From NCBI GenBank assembly GCA_963664435.2, contig CAXXKM010000001.1:192001-256000 (forward strand): 64,000 bases of DNA. The letters run 5' to 3'. Below the pieces are notes generated by a model. The model was not told the origin of the DNA, ran no database searches, and saw only the letters and a program-made list of their open reading frames with translations. How positions within the stretch are numbered: the first letter of the stretch is position 1; each line of letters opens with the position of its first letter. Source of the stretch: Longimicrobiales bacterium (GTDB lineage: Bacteria; Gemmatimonadota; Gemmatimonadetes; Longimicrobiales; Gaopeijiaceae). Made by a program: the position numbers and the translations under genes. Shown here in pieces: positions 55,119 to 64,000 of the stretch.

Positions 55119-56718
55119 CCCCTCCGGCCCCGCCGGCCTGACTCCACTGTTCGGCGCGGTGCTCGCGCTGTCGGCGGCGGGCGCGGCGCAGCCCACCGGC
55201 GCGCAGGAGCGGCAGGTGGTATCGAACCGCGTCACCGTGTCGGATGCCGATGCCACCCTGTCGCTCGAATTCGACTCCGGCCCGGCCTTCGAGATTTCAT
55301 TCCAGAACGGTGAAGTCCGGGTCGACGGCGAGGAGATCGGGAGCTACCAGGCCAGCGGGGAACTCGAAGCCTCGTGGCGGTCTCTGCTCTCCGAAGTCGT
55401 TCCGCTGGACGACGAACCACTCGCGGCGGCGCTGCTCGCATGGGAGCCCGGAGCACAGTTGACCGGCGATGCGCGAGCGGTCGCCGAGCGTGTCGACCGG
55501 GCGCTTCAGGAGGCGCTCGCCGGTCCCCTGCCGGGCAGCGGTGCGATCCCCGGGGTTTCCGGAAGCGCAGAGGTGGGAGGCATGGCTCCGGCCCTGGTTC
55601 CCCCGCTGCTGCGCCTTCTTTTGCAACGGGGCCGAGTGCTGGAAGAGGCGCTGGAGGACGTGGATCTGACGGAGTTTTCGCTTCATCTGGGCGAGGACGT
55701 GACCGTTGACGAAGGCAGCGAAATCGACGGAGCCCTGCTCGTGGTGGAGGGCGACGCCACCATTTCCGGGGAAGTCCCCGGCGACGTGGTCGTGGTCGCG
55801 GGAACGCTGCGCATCGAAGGTGACGCGGTCATCCGGGGAGAGGTCCGTGTGATCGACGGGCAGCTCGAGCGCGAAGGGGGAACGGTGGAGGGCAACATCT
55901 TCACCGTGGACGCGGGCGACGTCGCCGCAACAGAAGGAATGGCGGACGCGGAGGCTTCCGGGGGCGAAGAGCGCAATCCGCCCTCCCGTCAGGCCGAAGT
56001 CCGCGCCCGGCCCTTCCGCAACGTCACATCAGGCCTGAGCGGCCTCTTCGGGGACGTCTTCTGGCTCGCGGTCATCCTGGCCGTGGGGACTGCGGTCGTC
56101 CACTTCGCCGGAGACCGGCTGCAGAACGTGGCCGACGTGGTGAGAACTGCTCCGGGACGGGCGGCGCTGGTCGGGCTGGCGGGCGGCTTCCTCCTGCTGC
56201 CGGTGTGGGTTCTGGGCGGCCTCGCCCTCCTGGTGTCGATCATCGGCATCCCCCTGCTGATCGCCTGGCTGCCCCTCTTCCCCCTGGCCGCGCTCCTGGC
56301 CAACGGACTGGGGTACCTGGCCGTCGCGAGCGTCGTAGGCGAGTGGCTGGCGCGCAAGGGCGTCCCGGCCCTGGAGCGCTTCCGGCCTTCGAACCAGTTG
56401 CATGTGTTGGCCGTCGGTCTGGCGGCGCTCGTTCTCCCCTCCGCCTTCTCGCATGTGGCGGAGATGGGGGGGCCGTCGCTCGGCTCGTTCCTGAGCGGCC
56501 TGTTCACCCTCGTCGCGGTGGCCACCGCGATGATCGCGCTGATGCTCGGCTTCGGCGCCGTGCTGCTCACCGGGGCGGGCCGTACTTCCGATCCGGGCAG
56601 GATGGCAGCCACCTACGGCGGAGGGATCAGGGCAACGCGGGCGTGGACCCGGAGGCGTGCGCGACGAGGGTCGCGCAAGGAGCCGGAGCACCCTGACGAA
56701 GGAGACACCGGTGACTAG
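55105..56718 (+). CDS. Membrane protein with bactofilin-like beta-helix repeats and multi-TM C-terminus
   Basis: Repeats GEDVTV..IDGALLVVEGDATISGEVPGDVVVVAGTLRIEGDAVIRGEV; several TM helices. Confidence 0.75.
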   Translation: MFTADPSGPAGLTPLFGAVLALSAAGAAQPTGAQERQVVSNRVTVSDADATLSLEFDSGPAFEISFQNGEVRVDGEEIGSYQASGELEASWRSLLSEVVPLDDEPLAAALLAWEPGAQLTGDARAVAERVDRALQEALAGPLPGSGAIPGVSGSAEVGGMAPALVPPLLRLLLQRGRVLEEALEDVDLTEFSLHLGEDVTVDEGSEIDGALLVVEGDATISGEVPGDVVVVAGTLRIEGDAVIRGEVRVIDGQLEREGGTVEGNIFTVDAGDVAATEGMADAEASGGEERNPPSRQAEVRARPFRNVTSGLSGLFGDVFWLAVILAVGTAVVHFAGDRLQNVADVVRTAPGRAALVGLAGGFLLLPVWVLGGLALLVSIIGIPLLIAWLPLFPLAALLANGLGYLAVASVVGEWLARKGVPALERFRPSNQLHVLAVGLAALVLPSAFSHVAEMGGPSLGSFLSGLFTLVAVATAMIALMLGFGAVLLTGAGRTSDPGRMAATYGGGIRATRAWTRRRARRGSRKEPEHPDEGDTGD

Positions 56719-57574
56719 GATTCCGTGGACAAATCCCCGCACGGGGCTGATCTGCGCCGCCGTCGGAGGGCTGGCCTGCACTGCTTCCGGCCTCTCCGCA
56801 CAGGACTGGAGCACGGTGACCGCGTCGCGCCAGCTGGGCGACGAGCGCGAGATCCATATCCACCTGGAGTATGGGGCGGGCGTCCTCAACCTGCGGCCGG
56901 GGGAGCCGGGCAGCCTGTACCGGATGGAACTGCGGTACGATCAGGACGTCATCGAGCCCCGGACCCACTACGCGGACGGAATCCTCGAGATCGGCATGGA
57001 CCGCATCGGCAGAGGCATCCGGATCGGCTCGCGCGACGGATCGGGACAATTGGACCTGGAAGTCTCCCGGGAGGTGCCCCTGTCCCTGGATCTCGAGTTC
57101 GGGGCAGCGCGCGCGAACCTGGATCTGGGCGGCCTGCCGATTCGGGAGCTGCATGTCGCGACCGGGGCATCCGATACGCGAATCGAGGTGTCGGCGCCCA
57201 ACCCCGTGCAGCTGGAACTGGCCTCCTTCGAGGCGGGCGCGGCAAACCTCGTCGCCTCCGGACTGGGCAACCTCAACGCCGAGCGCATCCGCCTGGAGGC
57301 GAAGGCGGGCAAGGCCACCCTCGACTTCGGCGGTCAATGGCAGCGCGACGCCGAGGTGGACCTCGCCCTCGATCTGGGCGCGGTGGAACTTCGGTTTCCG
57401 CGGGGCCTCGGCGTGAAGCTGGTGGTGGATGCCCTGCTGACATCCGTGGATGCCCAGGAAATGTTCAGGCGCGGCGACAGCTACTTCTCGGCGGACTGGG
57501 ACAGCGCCGAGACGCGGCTTACGGTGGACATCGACGCGCACATCGGTGCGATCGACGTGGTATGGACCCGATGA
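56711..57574 (+). CDS. Secreted LiaF/LiaG (toast-rack/DUF2154)-like beta-repeat protein
   Basis: GAARANLDLGGL, GASDTRI, AGKATLDF, LGAVELRFP, IGAIDV repeats; signal peptide. Confidence 0.7.
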   Translation: MTRIPWTNPRTGLICAAVGGLACTASGLSAQDWSTVTASRQLGDEREIHIHLEYGAGVLNLRPGEPGSLYRMELRYDQDVIEPRTHYADGILEIGMDRIGRGIRIGSRDGSGQLDLEVSREVPLSLDLEFGAARANLDLGGLPIRELHVATGASDTRIEVSAPNPVQLELASFEAGAANLVASGLGNLNAERIRLEAKAGKATLDFGGQWQRDAEVDLALDLGAVELRFPRGLGVKLVVDALLTSVDAQEMFRRGDSYFSADWDSAETRLTVDIDAHIGAIDVVWTR

Positions 57575-57623
57575 TGGACCTCACGCTCAGGATTCGGACG
57601 ACAGTCCCGGGGAGAAGCCCGAC

Positions 57624-57854
57624 ATGATCAGCGCCCTGCTTACCCTGTTCGCCATCGGCCTGGTTACGCTGCTGGTCGTTGGAGTCCTGCTCGCGGTGGC
57701 GGGCACGGTGTTTTCCATCGGGTTCGGCCTGGCCAGCTTCCTGCTGTTCAAGGTCGCCCCGATCGCACTCCTCGGGTACGTCGTGCTCAGGCTGATCGCG
57801 CCCCGCAAGCGCAAGGAACTGAGCGAGGCCGACCACAAATGGCTGGAAGGGTAG
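57624..57854 (+). CDS. Small membrane protein
   Basis: 76 aa, hydrophobic, FLLFKVAPIALLGYVVLR, tail ELSEADHKWLE; GGAG upstream. Confidence 0.7.
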   Translation: MISALLTLFAIGLVTLLVVGVLLAVAGTVFSIGFGLASFLLFKVAPIALLGYVVLRLIAPRKRKELSEADHKWLEG

Positions 57855-57860
57855 CCCGGT

Positions 57861-58085
57861 TCAGCCGGATCGCCCTGCCCGCGGTCGCCAGGCGATAGCC
57901 TGCTCGACCTCGGCCATCAGATCAGGGTCGGTGAACTCCCCCACCGGAGAGGTACCCACGAGATCGAGGTCGACGCCGTGCGCGAGAAGCGGCGCAAGCG
58001 CCTCGGGATAGTCCCGCACCATCACGTGGGCGGGCATCCGCCGGATCCGATCCCGGCCCACGCGCGGTAGCGGCGACCACCTCAA
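57861..58085 (-). CDS. Small hypothetical protein (possibly DUF1858-like)
   Basis: TTG overlapping the mrp stop; IRRMPAHVMVRDYPEALAPLLAHGVD. Confidence 0.5.
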   Translation of the reverse strand: MRWSPLPRVGRDRIRRMPAHVMVRDYPEALAPLLAHGVDLDLVGTSPVGEFTDPDLMAEVEQAIAWRPRAGRSG

Positions 58086-59239
58086 GCGGGCCCCTCGCGC
58101 AACGCCACAACCACCTGGTCGCAGATTCGGTTCAACGCCTGCGCAACCGCTGAATCCGGCCGGCCCACCACCGTGGGCAGCCCGTCGTCGCCGGAGCGCC
58201 TGACCGCGGGGTCCAGGGGAACGGCGCCCAGGAAGGGGACGCCCTGCTCCTTCGCCAGAGCCTCCCCACCGCCCGTGCCGAACACGTCCACCGGTTCGCC
58301 GCAGTGCGGGCACGCCATCCCGCTCATGTTCTCGATGACGCCGATGATCCGGGTGTTGACGCGCTCGAACATCTTGATGCCGCGCCGGACATCGGTGGTG
58401 GCCACTCCCTGCGGGGTTGTGACCATGACGGCCCCGTCGAGGTTGACGCTCTGCACCAGCGACAGCTGAGCATCGCCGGTCCCGGGGGGCATGTCGACCA
58501 GCATGACATCCAGAGCGCCCCAGCGCACCTGCTCCAGGAACTGCTTCAGGACGCCCGCGATCAGCGGGCCGCGCATGATCGCCGGCTGTTCCTCGGCGAG
58601 CAGGAAGCCGAGGCTCATGAGCTTGACGCCGTGGGCATGGAGCGGCTCGATCATCTCCTTGCCCTTGGCGCCGGATACGCTGGGCCGGCGGTGTTCGCCG
58701 AACATGACGGGGATGTTGGGGCCGTAGATGTCGGCGTCGAGGAGCCCGACCCGCAGGCGGCGGCGAGCGAGCGCGGCGGCGAGATTGGTGGTGACCATCG
58801 ACTTGCCCACGCCTCCCTTGCCGGAACTCACTGCAACCACGTAGCGGGTGTCGGCGAGGACGCCGGGCTGGGGGGTGGGAGCGGGCACGGAGCCCGGGAC
58901 AAGGCGGGACGACCCCGACGGTGCGGCAGGCGGCGCCGGCGAGCCTGCGGCCGCCGGGGAACTCGCGGGAGCGGGCTGGCGGGAGGGGGCGCTTTTCGGG
59001 AGCTGGACGTTGACCCGCACGCCCGAGACCCCGCGCACGGCTCCGGCGGCGGTACGGGCGGACTTCACAAGCGAACCGGGATCGTCGCCCTTGAGATGGA
59101 AGGCGAAGCGTACCAGCCCGTCCTTATCGATCTCGAGCTGCTGAACGTGTCCGCTGGAGACAATGTCGCGACCGCTGGCCGGGTGTCGCACCCCGGACAG
59201 GGCGTTCGTTACCGCATCAATGAGAGTTTGCTGGGACAT
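58082..59239 (-). CDS. mrp: Mrp/ApbC (NBP35) Fe-S cluster carrier ATPase
   Basis: SGKGGVGKS, DADIYGP, MRGP, DMPPGTGD, ENMS..CPHC. Confidence 0.95.
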   Translation of the reverse strand: MSQQTLIDAVTNALSGVRHPASGRDIVSSGHVQQLEIDKDGLVRFAFHLKGDDPGSLVKSARTAAGAVRGVSGVRVNVQLPKSAPSRQPAPASSPAAAGSPAPPAAPSGSSRLVPGSVPAPTPQPGVLADTRYVVAVSSGKGGVGKSMVTTNLAAALARRRLRVGLLDADIYGPNIPVMFGEHRRPSVSGAKGKEMIEPLHAHGVKLMSLGFLLAEEQPAIMRGPLIAGVLKQFLEQVRWGALDVMLVDMPPGTGDAQLSLVQSVNLDGAVMVTTPQGVATTDVRRGIKMFERVNTRIIGVIENMSGMACPHCGEPVDVFGTGGGEALAKEQGVPFLGAVPLDPAVRRSGDDGLPTVVGRPDSAVAQALNRICDQVVVALREGPA

Positions 59240-59287
59240 GCCCCGCTCAGGTCGAAGTGCAGGTGGGATGTGGAAGTGCCCGTGGAA

Positions 59288-59518
59288 TCAGACGGCGGCT
59301 ACTCTGGTAACCCCCGGAACCTGGTCCTTCAGGCGCCGTTCGATGCCTTCCCTGAGGGTGAGCATGGAGATCGGGCAAGACTCGCACGCACCCATCAGGC
59401 GCACCATGACAACGCCTTCCACCTCGTCGTAGTCGATCAACTCGACGTCGCCCCCGTCCTGGTGGATCGCGGGTCTCACGGTCTCGAGGACCTCCTCGAT
59501 CTTCTCCGTCGCCAGCAT
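59288..59518 (-). CDS. NifU C-terminal (Nfu) domain protein
   Basis: VRPAIHQDGGDVEL, GACESCPIS..TL..GIE. Confidence 0.92.
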   Translation of the reverse strand: MLATEKIEEVLETVRPAIHQDGGDVELIDYDEVEGVVMVRLMGACESCPISMLTLREGIERRLKDQVPGVTRVAAV

Positions 59519-59590
59519 GATTCGTTGCTCTCCTCGCTCATCCGTGCGCGCTCCCGACCCTGAACGCACACGGACTCCGAAATCGCTCGA

Positions 59591-59620
59591 AGTTTAGGCA
59601 GCGCGCGATGGCGGGGTCAA
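59591..59620 (-). promoter_or_regulatory. Putative sigma70 promoter of nifU-mrp
   Basis: Minus strand TTGACC-N18-TAAACT. Confidence 0.5.
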
Positions 59621-60552
59621 CCTTGCTGCCGGTCGGGGTCCGACCGCGACCGCTGATGGAACGCCCACAGTACGGCGGCTGGAATCACCTCCGCGGCGGT
59701 CATCCAGAGCCGGGCGGCGATGGCGAGCACGGTGGCCGGGCCGCTCCCCAGTGCCGGCGCGAGCAAGGCAACCAGAAACCCTTCGCGAACGCCGACGCCT
59801 GCCGGGGCGAAGAGCATCAGGTAGCCCGCCACGTACGCCGCCGCAAAGGCCGACCCGGCGTGCACGGGCGACAGTTCCATACCCAGGCTCGCGGCAAAGA
59901 TCCAGAAGGATGCGCCCATGGCCACCCAGACCCCCGCCATCTGCAGCAGCCAGCGCAGCACGTGTGCGCTGGTCAGGTTCGCGGGCGGGCTCGTCCTGAC
60001 GATGCGGAACCACAGGGCCACCGCCGCGTGGAACAGGGAGGGAACGGCAAGCACGAGCAGCAGCAGGCCGGCCGCCACGCCGGCGCCGACCAGTCCCCAG
60101 CGCGGAATCGGCCCGGATCCCCCGGCGAACGCGCCCAGCCCGAGTGCGCCGGCGGCCAGCAGCCCCACGCCCTGCACCATCACGGCAGAGGTGGCCGAGA
60201 CGGCCACGGGGACCCCCTGCCCTTTCGCGAGCGCGGCCATCCCGGCGATCGACCAGATCTTGCCGGGCACATACCGGCCCATATTGGAGATCATGAAGAT
60301 GCTCACCGCGTCGCCCGGGGACATCCGCGGTCCACCCAGGCCGGTCACCACCCCGCCCCAGATCAGTCCGCTGAGCGCGTAGGTGGCCAGCAGGAGCAGC
60401 GTCGCGGCAACGAGCGGGATCGTCCGCGGACGGGCGAGCGCGTCCTGCCATGCCCTCAGTTCGGCCAGGCTCAGCCCCACCCGATCGAGGATGAACCAGG
60501 TGACGATGACCGTGAGGGCGACGCGCGCCGCCAGGGAAAGCCACTTCTTCAG
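59617..60552 (-). CDS. UPF0104/LPG-synthase TM flippase-like protein (probable CTG start)
   Basis: C-terminal part of ORF 59617..62136: SNMGRYVPGKIW, AYVAGY...APAGVGVREG, ARLW. Confidence 0.8.
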   Translation of the reverse strand: MKKWLSLAARVALTVIVTWFILDRVGLSLAELRAWQDALARPRTIPLVAATLLLLATYALSGLIWGGVVTGLGGPRMSPGDAVSIFMISNMGRYVPGKIWSIAGMAALAKGQGVPVAVSATSAVMVQGVGLLAAGALGLGAFAGGSGPIPRWGLVGAGVAAGLLLLVLAVPSLFHAAVALWFRIVRTSPPANLTSAHVLRWLLQMAGVWVAMGASFWIFAASLGMELSPVHAGSAFAAAYVAGYLMLFAPAGVGVREGFLVALLAPALGSGPATVLAIAARLWMTAAEVIPAAVLWAFHQRSRSDPDRQQG

Positions 60553-63125
60553 GGCCTGGCACTCCGTGTCGCGCGGCGCGCCGACCAGATCCGCACCGCG
60601 TTCGCCGCGAGCAGTCCGGCCAGGATGATGAAGCCGAGCCAGAAGCTGCGCGCCACCACGTCGGACCGGTACCACAACTCGACCTCGGACGCCCCGGCCG
60701 GCACGGGAACGGCGCGCAGGGTGTGGTAGGCGCGCAGCACGGGGACGTCGCTGCCGTCCACCCGGGCATGCCACGCGGGATACCAGTTGTCCGCTATGGC
60801 GAGCAGCGCCGGCGCGGAAGAGCGTACCGCGAGCCTCATGCGGTCGGGCCCGCGCTCCAGCCAGTCGACCGCTCCGGCAACGGGGGCTCCCGGCAGGCCG
60901 GTGGGCGGCGGCTCCGCCAGGACCACTTCCGCTGCGGGGTCGAATTCGGGAGAGAGCATGTACGGCACCGCCTCGTCGTCGGACTTGACGACGGCGCTTC
61001 CCACGAGGCGCGCGCGCGGAAGGCCGGCCTCCTCGAAGACGGTCTCGTAGGCGCGGCCATCGGGCAGCTGGGTCCGGCTGAAGACGTTCCCCTGCGGCGA
61101 ACTCCCCGTCTGCAGGTCGGGCCACAGCAGGTAGCGCACGTTGAGCAGCCTGCGGATGTTGCCGTTGCCGTAGAGGTTCACCGGCTGTCCCGAGCCGACC
61201 ATGCCGATGAGATCGCGGTAACGGGCCAGGTCGTTGGGATGGTGTCCGCCCGCGAGCTCGATTCCGTGCAGCGCGGGCATGAGGTCCTGGCCGGCGTTTC
61301 GGAACGACAGCATGCGATAGGGCTCCGAGCTGCCGGCTTCGCGGTCCAGCACTGCCTGAATGTTCGCATCCGGGGCCGCCCAGCGGTCGAAGTCGATGGT
61401 CTGGATGAACACCCTGTCGATGCGGTAGGCGTCGAGCACGACCAGGGCGACGAGCGCGGCCAGCACGATCCCCGGCGCGAGGTACCCCTTGCGCACCGCC
61501 CACACCAGCCCCGACAGGGCACCGGCCAGGAAGACGGCGATCCACGCGCCGGTCCCGATATGGGGCAGGGCGGCCGCGAGCGCCTGGCGCCTGGCCTCCG
61601 TGATCCCCGGATACATGACGGAGGTCCACAGAGACGTCAGCGCGCCCGCGGCGGCGAGCAGCGCGATGGCGGCCAGCGCCGCGGTCGCGATCAGGACCAC
61701 CCGCTGGACCCGCCGTCCCGGCTCGGGGTCGCGCACGCAGGCGAAGATGCGGTCCACCCCCAGGGCGGCCAGCGTCGCCGCGCCGAAGGCAAGCAGGTAG
61801 GCCGCCTGCGAGGGAGCCCGGAAAAGGCTTATCCCCGGCAGGACTTCGTAGGTGATGCGCCAGACGGGGGTATTGGCGCCCAGCGCGAAGAGAACGGCAA
61901 CTCCCGCCAATCCCGCAAAGAACCAGCGCAGCCCGCGCAGGGGTCCGCCCGCGAATGAGATCGCGGCCAGCAGAAGCAGCACCAGGCCCGCGTATTCGTG
62001 GTTGTGCTTGAACGGGTTGCGGCCCCAGTAGGTGTTGTCCGCCCAGCTTCCCGTACCGCCGATGTTGGCCCCCGAGAATTCGGGGATGACGAGGGAGAAC
62101 GCTTCCTCCGGGTGCAGCGACCACGAACTGGACCACTCGAGGGCCGCCTGCTCATCGAGTGCTTCGGAGGTCGCGGTGCGCCGGGAATCGGCGGTCACAT
62201 ATTCGAGGGCCGGCAGGAGCTGGCCGCCGGCGATGAGTGCGCCCGCGATCGAAGCCGCGAGAAACAGGCCGAACCGCGAGGCCGCCCGCGCGCGCCGGCC
62301 GGGGCGCGGGTCGGCGCCGCTTGCGTTCCCGGCGCTGTCGTCGGCTGGAGGTACGGCTTCCGGGCCGGACCCGCGCAGGATCTGAATGCTGCGGAAAATC
62401 GCGAACAGCCCGGTGGCGCCGAACAGGAAGTACGCCGTCTGGAAGTGCGGCGTCAGGATTACGGACGCGATGACGAGGGCCAGCCACGTGAACGACTTGA
62501 GACCGGGACGCAGGAAATGGCGCTCCGTCGCCCAGAACAGGAGCGGGGCCAGCGCGGTGACGAACATCTTGCCGTCGTGGCCCGCAAACACGAGCCCGAC
62601 GAAGACCGGGGCGAGCATGTAGCCGGTCCCCGCAACCAGCGCCGCGGCGCGGGAGACCCCCAGCGCGCGCACCCAGAGGAACATGAAGAAGCCCGCCGCC
62701 GCCACGTGAACGACGAGCTTCCATCCGAGCGCCCGGTAGGGTTCCACGAGGATGAGCAGCAGGAGAGAAGGCGGGTAGAACGAATCGCCCGCGCTGAGGG
62801 CTTCCACGAAGGGCGTCCCACCGAGGAACTGCGGGACCCAGCCCGGGATGCGCCCGAGCTCCGCCAGCGCGGTGGCGTAGACGGCGCGGGCCACGTAGCC
62901 GCCCGAGAGCGTGTCGCTCCCGTAGAGCATGGCGTCGCTGAAGACGAACGCGCGGAACAGGAAGACGGTGAGGCCGAGGAAGAGCGCCCACGGAAGCCAT
63001 CCGGGGATGGCGGGAGCGCCGGCGGAGGCAAGCGGAGCGCGCGAAGATGCGCTCCTGCCCGCAGGGGTTGTCTCCACGCGCGGCTTTCGCGACCGCCTGC
63101 GGCTGCCTCGTCGCTTCGCGTTCAT
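60549..63125 (-). CDS. YfhO-family membrane protein (GT-C fold)
   Basis: YGSD, PGWVPQFLGGTPF, many TM helices, FRAP, C-terminal ADNWYPAWHARVDG...LRAVPVPAG. Confidence 0.85.
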   Translation of the reverse strand: MNAKRRGSRRRSRKPRVETTPAGRSASSRAPLASAGAPAIPGWLPWALFLGLTVFLFRAFVFSDAMLYGSDTLSGGYVARAVYATALAELGRIPGWVPQFLGGTPFVEALSAGDSFYPPSLLLLILVEPYRALGWKLVVHVAAAGFFMFLWVRALGVSRAAALVAGTGYMLAPVFVGLVFAGHDGKMFVTALAPLLFWATERHFLRPGLKSFTWLALVIASVILTPHFQTAYFLFGATGLFAIFRSIQILRGSGPEAVPPADDSAGNASGADPRPGRRARAASRFGLFLAASIAGALIAGGQLLPALEYVTADSRRTATSEALDEQAALEWSSSWSLHPEEAFSLVIPEFSGANIGGTGSWADNTYWGRNPFKHNHEYAGLVLLLLAAISFAGGPLRGLRWFFAGLAGVAVLFALGANTPVWRITYEVLPGISLFRAPSQAAYLLAFGAATLAALGVDRIFACVRDPEPGRRVQRVVLIATAALAAIALLAAAGALTSLWTSVMYPGITEARRQALAAALPHIGTGAWIAVFLAGALSGLVWAVRKGYLAPGIVLAALVALVVLDAYRIDRVFIQTIDFDRWAAPDANIQAVLDREAGSSEPYRMLSFRNAGQDLMPALHGIELAGGHHPNDLARYRDLIGMVGSGQPVNLYGNGNIRRLLNVRYLLWPDLQTGSSPQGNVFSRTQLPDGRAYETVFEEAGLPRARLVGSAVVKSDDEAVPYMLSPEFDPAAEVVLAEPPPTGLPGAPVAGAVDWLERGPDRMRLAVRSSAPALLAIADNWYPAWHARVDGSDVPVLRAYHTLRAVPVPAGASEVELWYRSDVVARSFWLGFIILAGLLAANAVRIWSARRATRSARP

Positions 63126-63171
63126 CGATCTCGCTCCACCGTTCGGCTTCCCTTCCGCCCGCGCATGCCGC

Positions 63172-63999
63172 TCAGCCCCGTCCCCGGCGACGGTGCCCCG
63201 CGTCATCGCCCTTCCGGTCGGACAGTTGGCGTTTCAGCGCCTCGACCTCATGCCGGACGTGAGCGATCTGCTCGCTGACCAGACCGAAGCCCGCGAGCAG
63301 GAACCCGAGCGTCTCGAGCAACACCACCAGCTGGATCAGGAGACGGTACCCGAAAGGGGGCACGTAGGGCTCGAATCCCAGCGCCGGATGCAGGTAGCGC
63401 AGATAGAGGGCAGCAGCCGCAACCAGCCCCCCCAGGACCGCCAGGGCCAGCCCGGAAGCGCCGAACAGCAGCAGCGGCTTGCGGGAAAAGAAGACCAGAA
63501 AGGCAACCGACGCCAGGTCGGTAACGCCGATCACGACGCGCCACAGGCCCCGGTACTTGGATTCCCCCGCCCTGCGGTCGTAGAGCTTGATGTCGATTTC
63601 GGTGACCGTGGCGCCGCGTCCGTGCGCCAGCACCACGAAGAACCGATGCCAGTCGTGCCTCAGCGTGAGCCCGTCCAGAATTTCCCGACGAAACCCCTTC
63701 ATGGCGGAGTTCAGGTGCGTGACCGGAACCCGGAAGAGCAGGCGCGACATGCGGTTGTAGATCTCGGAAACCGCCGCTTTGTCGTAGTGGCCCAGGCGCC
63801 GTCCGGAGACGATGTCCCACCCCTCGTCAAGCTTCTCCAGAAAGCGCGGGATGTCGCGCGGGGAGTGCTGCAGATCTGCATCGAAGAGGATGATGCAGGC
63901 CCGATCCGTGGCGTTGACCCCGGTGACCATCGCTTCGGTCTTGCCCCGGTTGCGCCGGTGGCTGACGACGCGGAAGCCCTCCCAGTCCGCCGCCTCGCG
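63172..63999 (-). CDS. GT2 polyprenol-phosphate glycosyltransferase (ArnC/GtrB/DPM-like), 5' partial
   Basis: HRRNRGKTEAM, FDADLQH, GWDIVSGRR, RRAGESKY, two C-terminal TM. Confidence 0.88.
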   Translation of the reverse strand, partial: REAADWEGFRVVSHRRNRGKTEAMVTGVNATDRACIILFDADLQHSPRDIPRFLEKLDEGWDIVSGRRLGHYDKAAVSEIYNRMSRLLFRVPVTHLNSAMKGFRREILDGLTLRHDWHRFFVVLAHGRGATVTEIDIKLYDRRAGESKYRGLWRVVIGVTDLASVAFLVFFSRKPLLLFGASGLALAVLGGLVAAAALYLRYLHPALGFEPYVPPFGYRLLIQLVVLLETLGFLLAGFGLVSEQIAHVRHEVEALKRQLSDRKGDDAGHRRRGRG

Positions 64000-64000
64000 C

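Overview
A GC-rich (roughly 70%), gene-dense core chromosomal segment. Gene content and order suggest a Gemmatimonadota bacterium, possibly marine; this is inference only. Most genes are housekeeping: aroF, smc, rsfS, rplI, rpsF/rpsR, hppA, pth, rplY, prs, tRNA-Gln, ispE, pdxJ, hflX, rarA, CCA-adding enzyme, alaS, recA, ccm operon, glpK, maf, dtd, glmS, glmM, purD, mutM, an M16 peptidase pair, menG/ubiE, mrp and nifU. I found no CRISPR array, prophage or IS. The most notable observations are: (1) ribosomal proteins S6 and S18 are fused in one ORF, with an acidic linker and a Cys-free S18; (2) an ECF sigma cluster has an anti-sigma with two tandem zinc-binding domains, and a GAAAC-N16/17-CGTAC promoter motif occurs three times, once ~7.5 kb away upstream of an M48 protease; (3) a nurA-herA pair is coupled to aroF at the left edge; (4) hflX (ATC), mutM (CTG) and a flippase (CTG) probably use non-AUG starts; (5) a DUF547/TIGR04283/TIGR04282 trio has no radical SAM partner in the window; (6) a GT2/YfhO/flippase glycosylation module is present; (7) CcmE is the Cys (CXXXY) variant. 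All family calls come from reading motifs by eye; no database searches were run.
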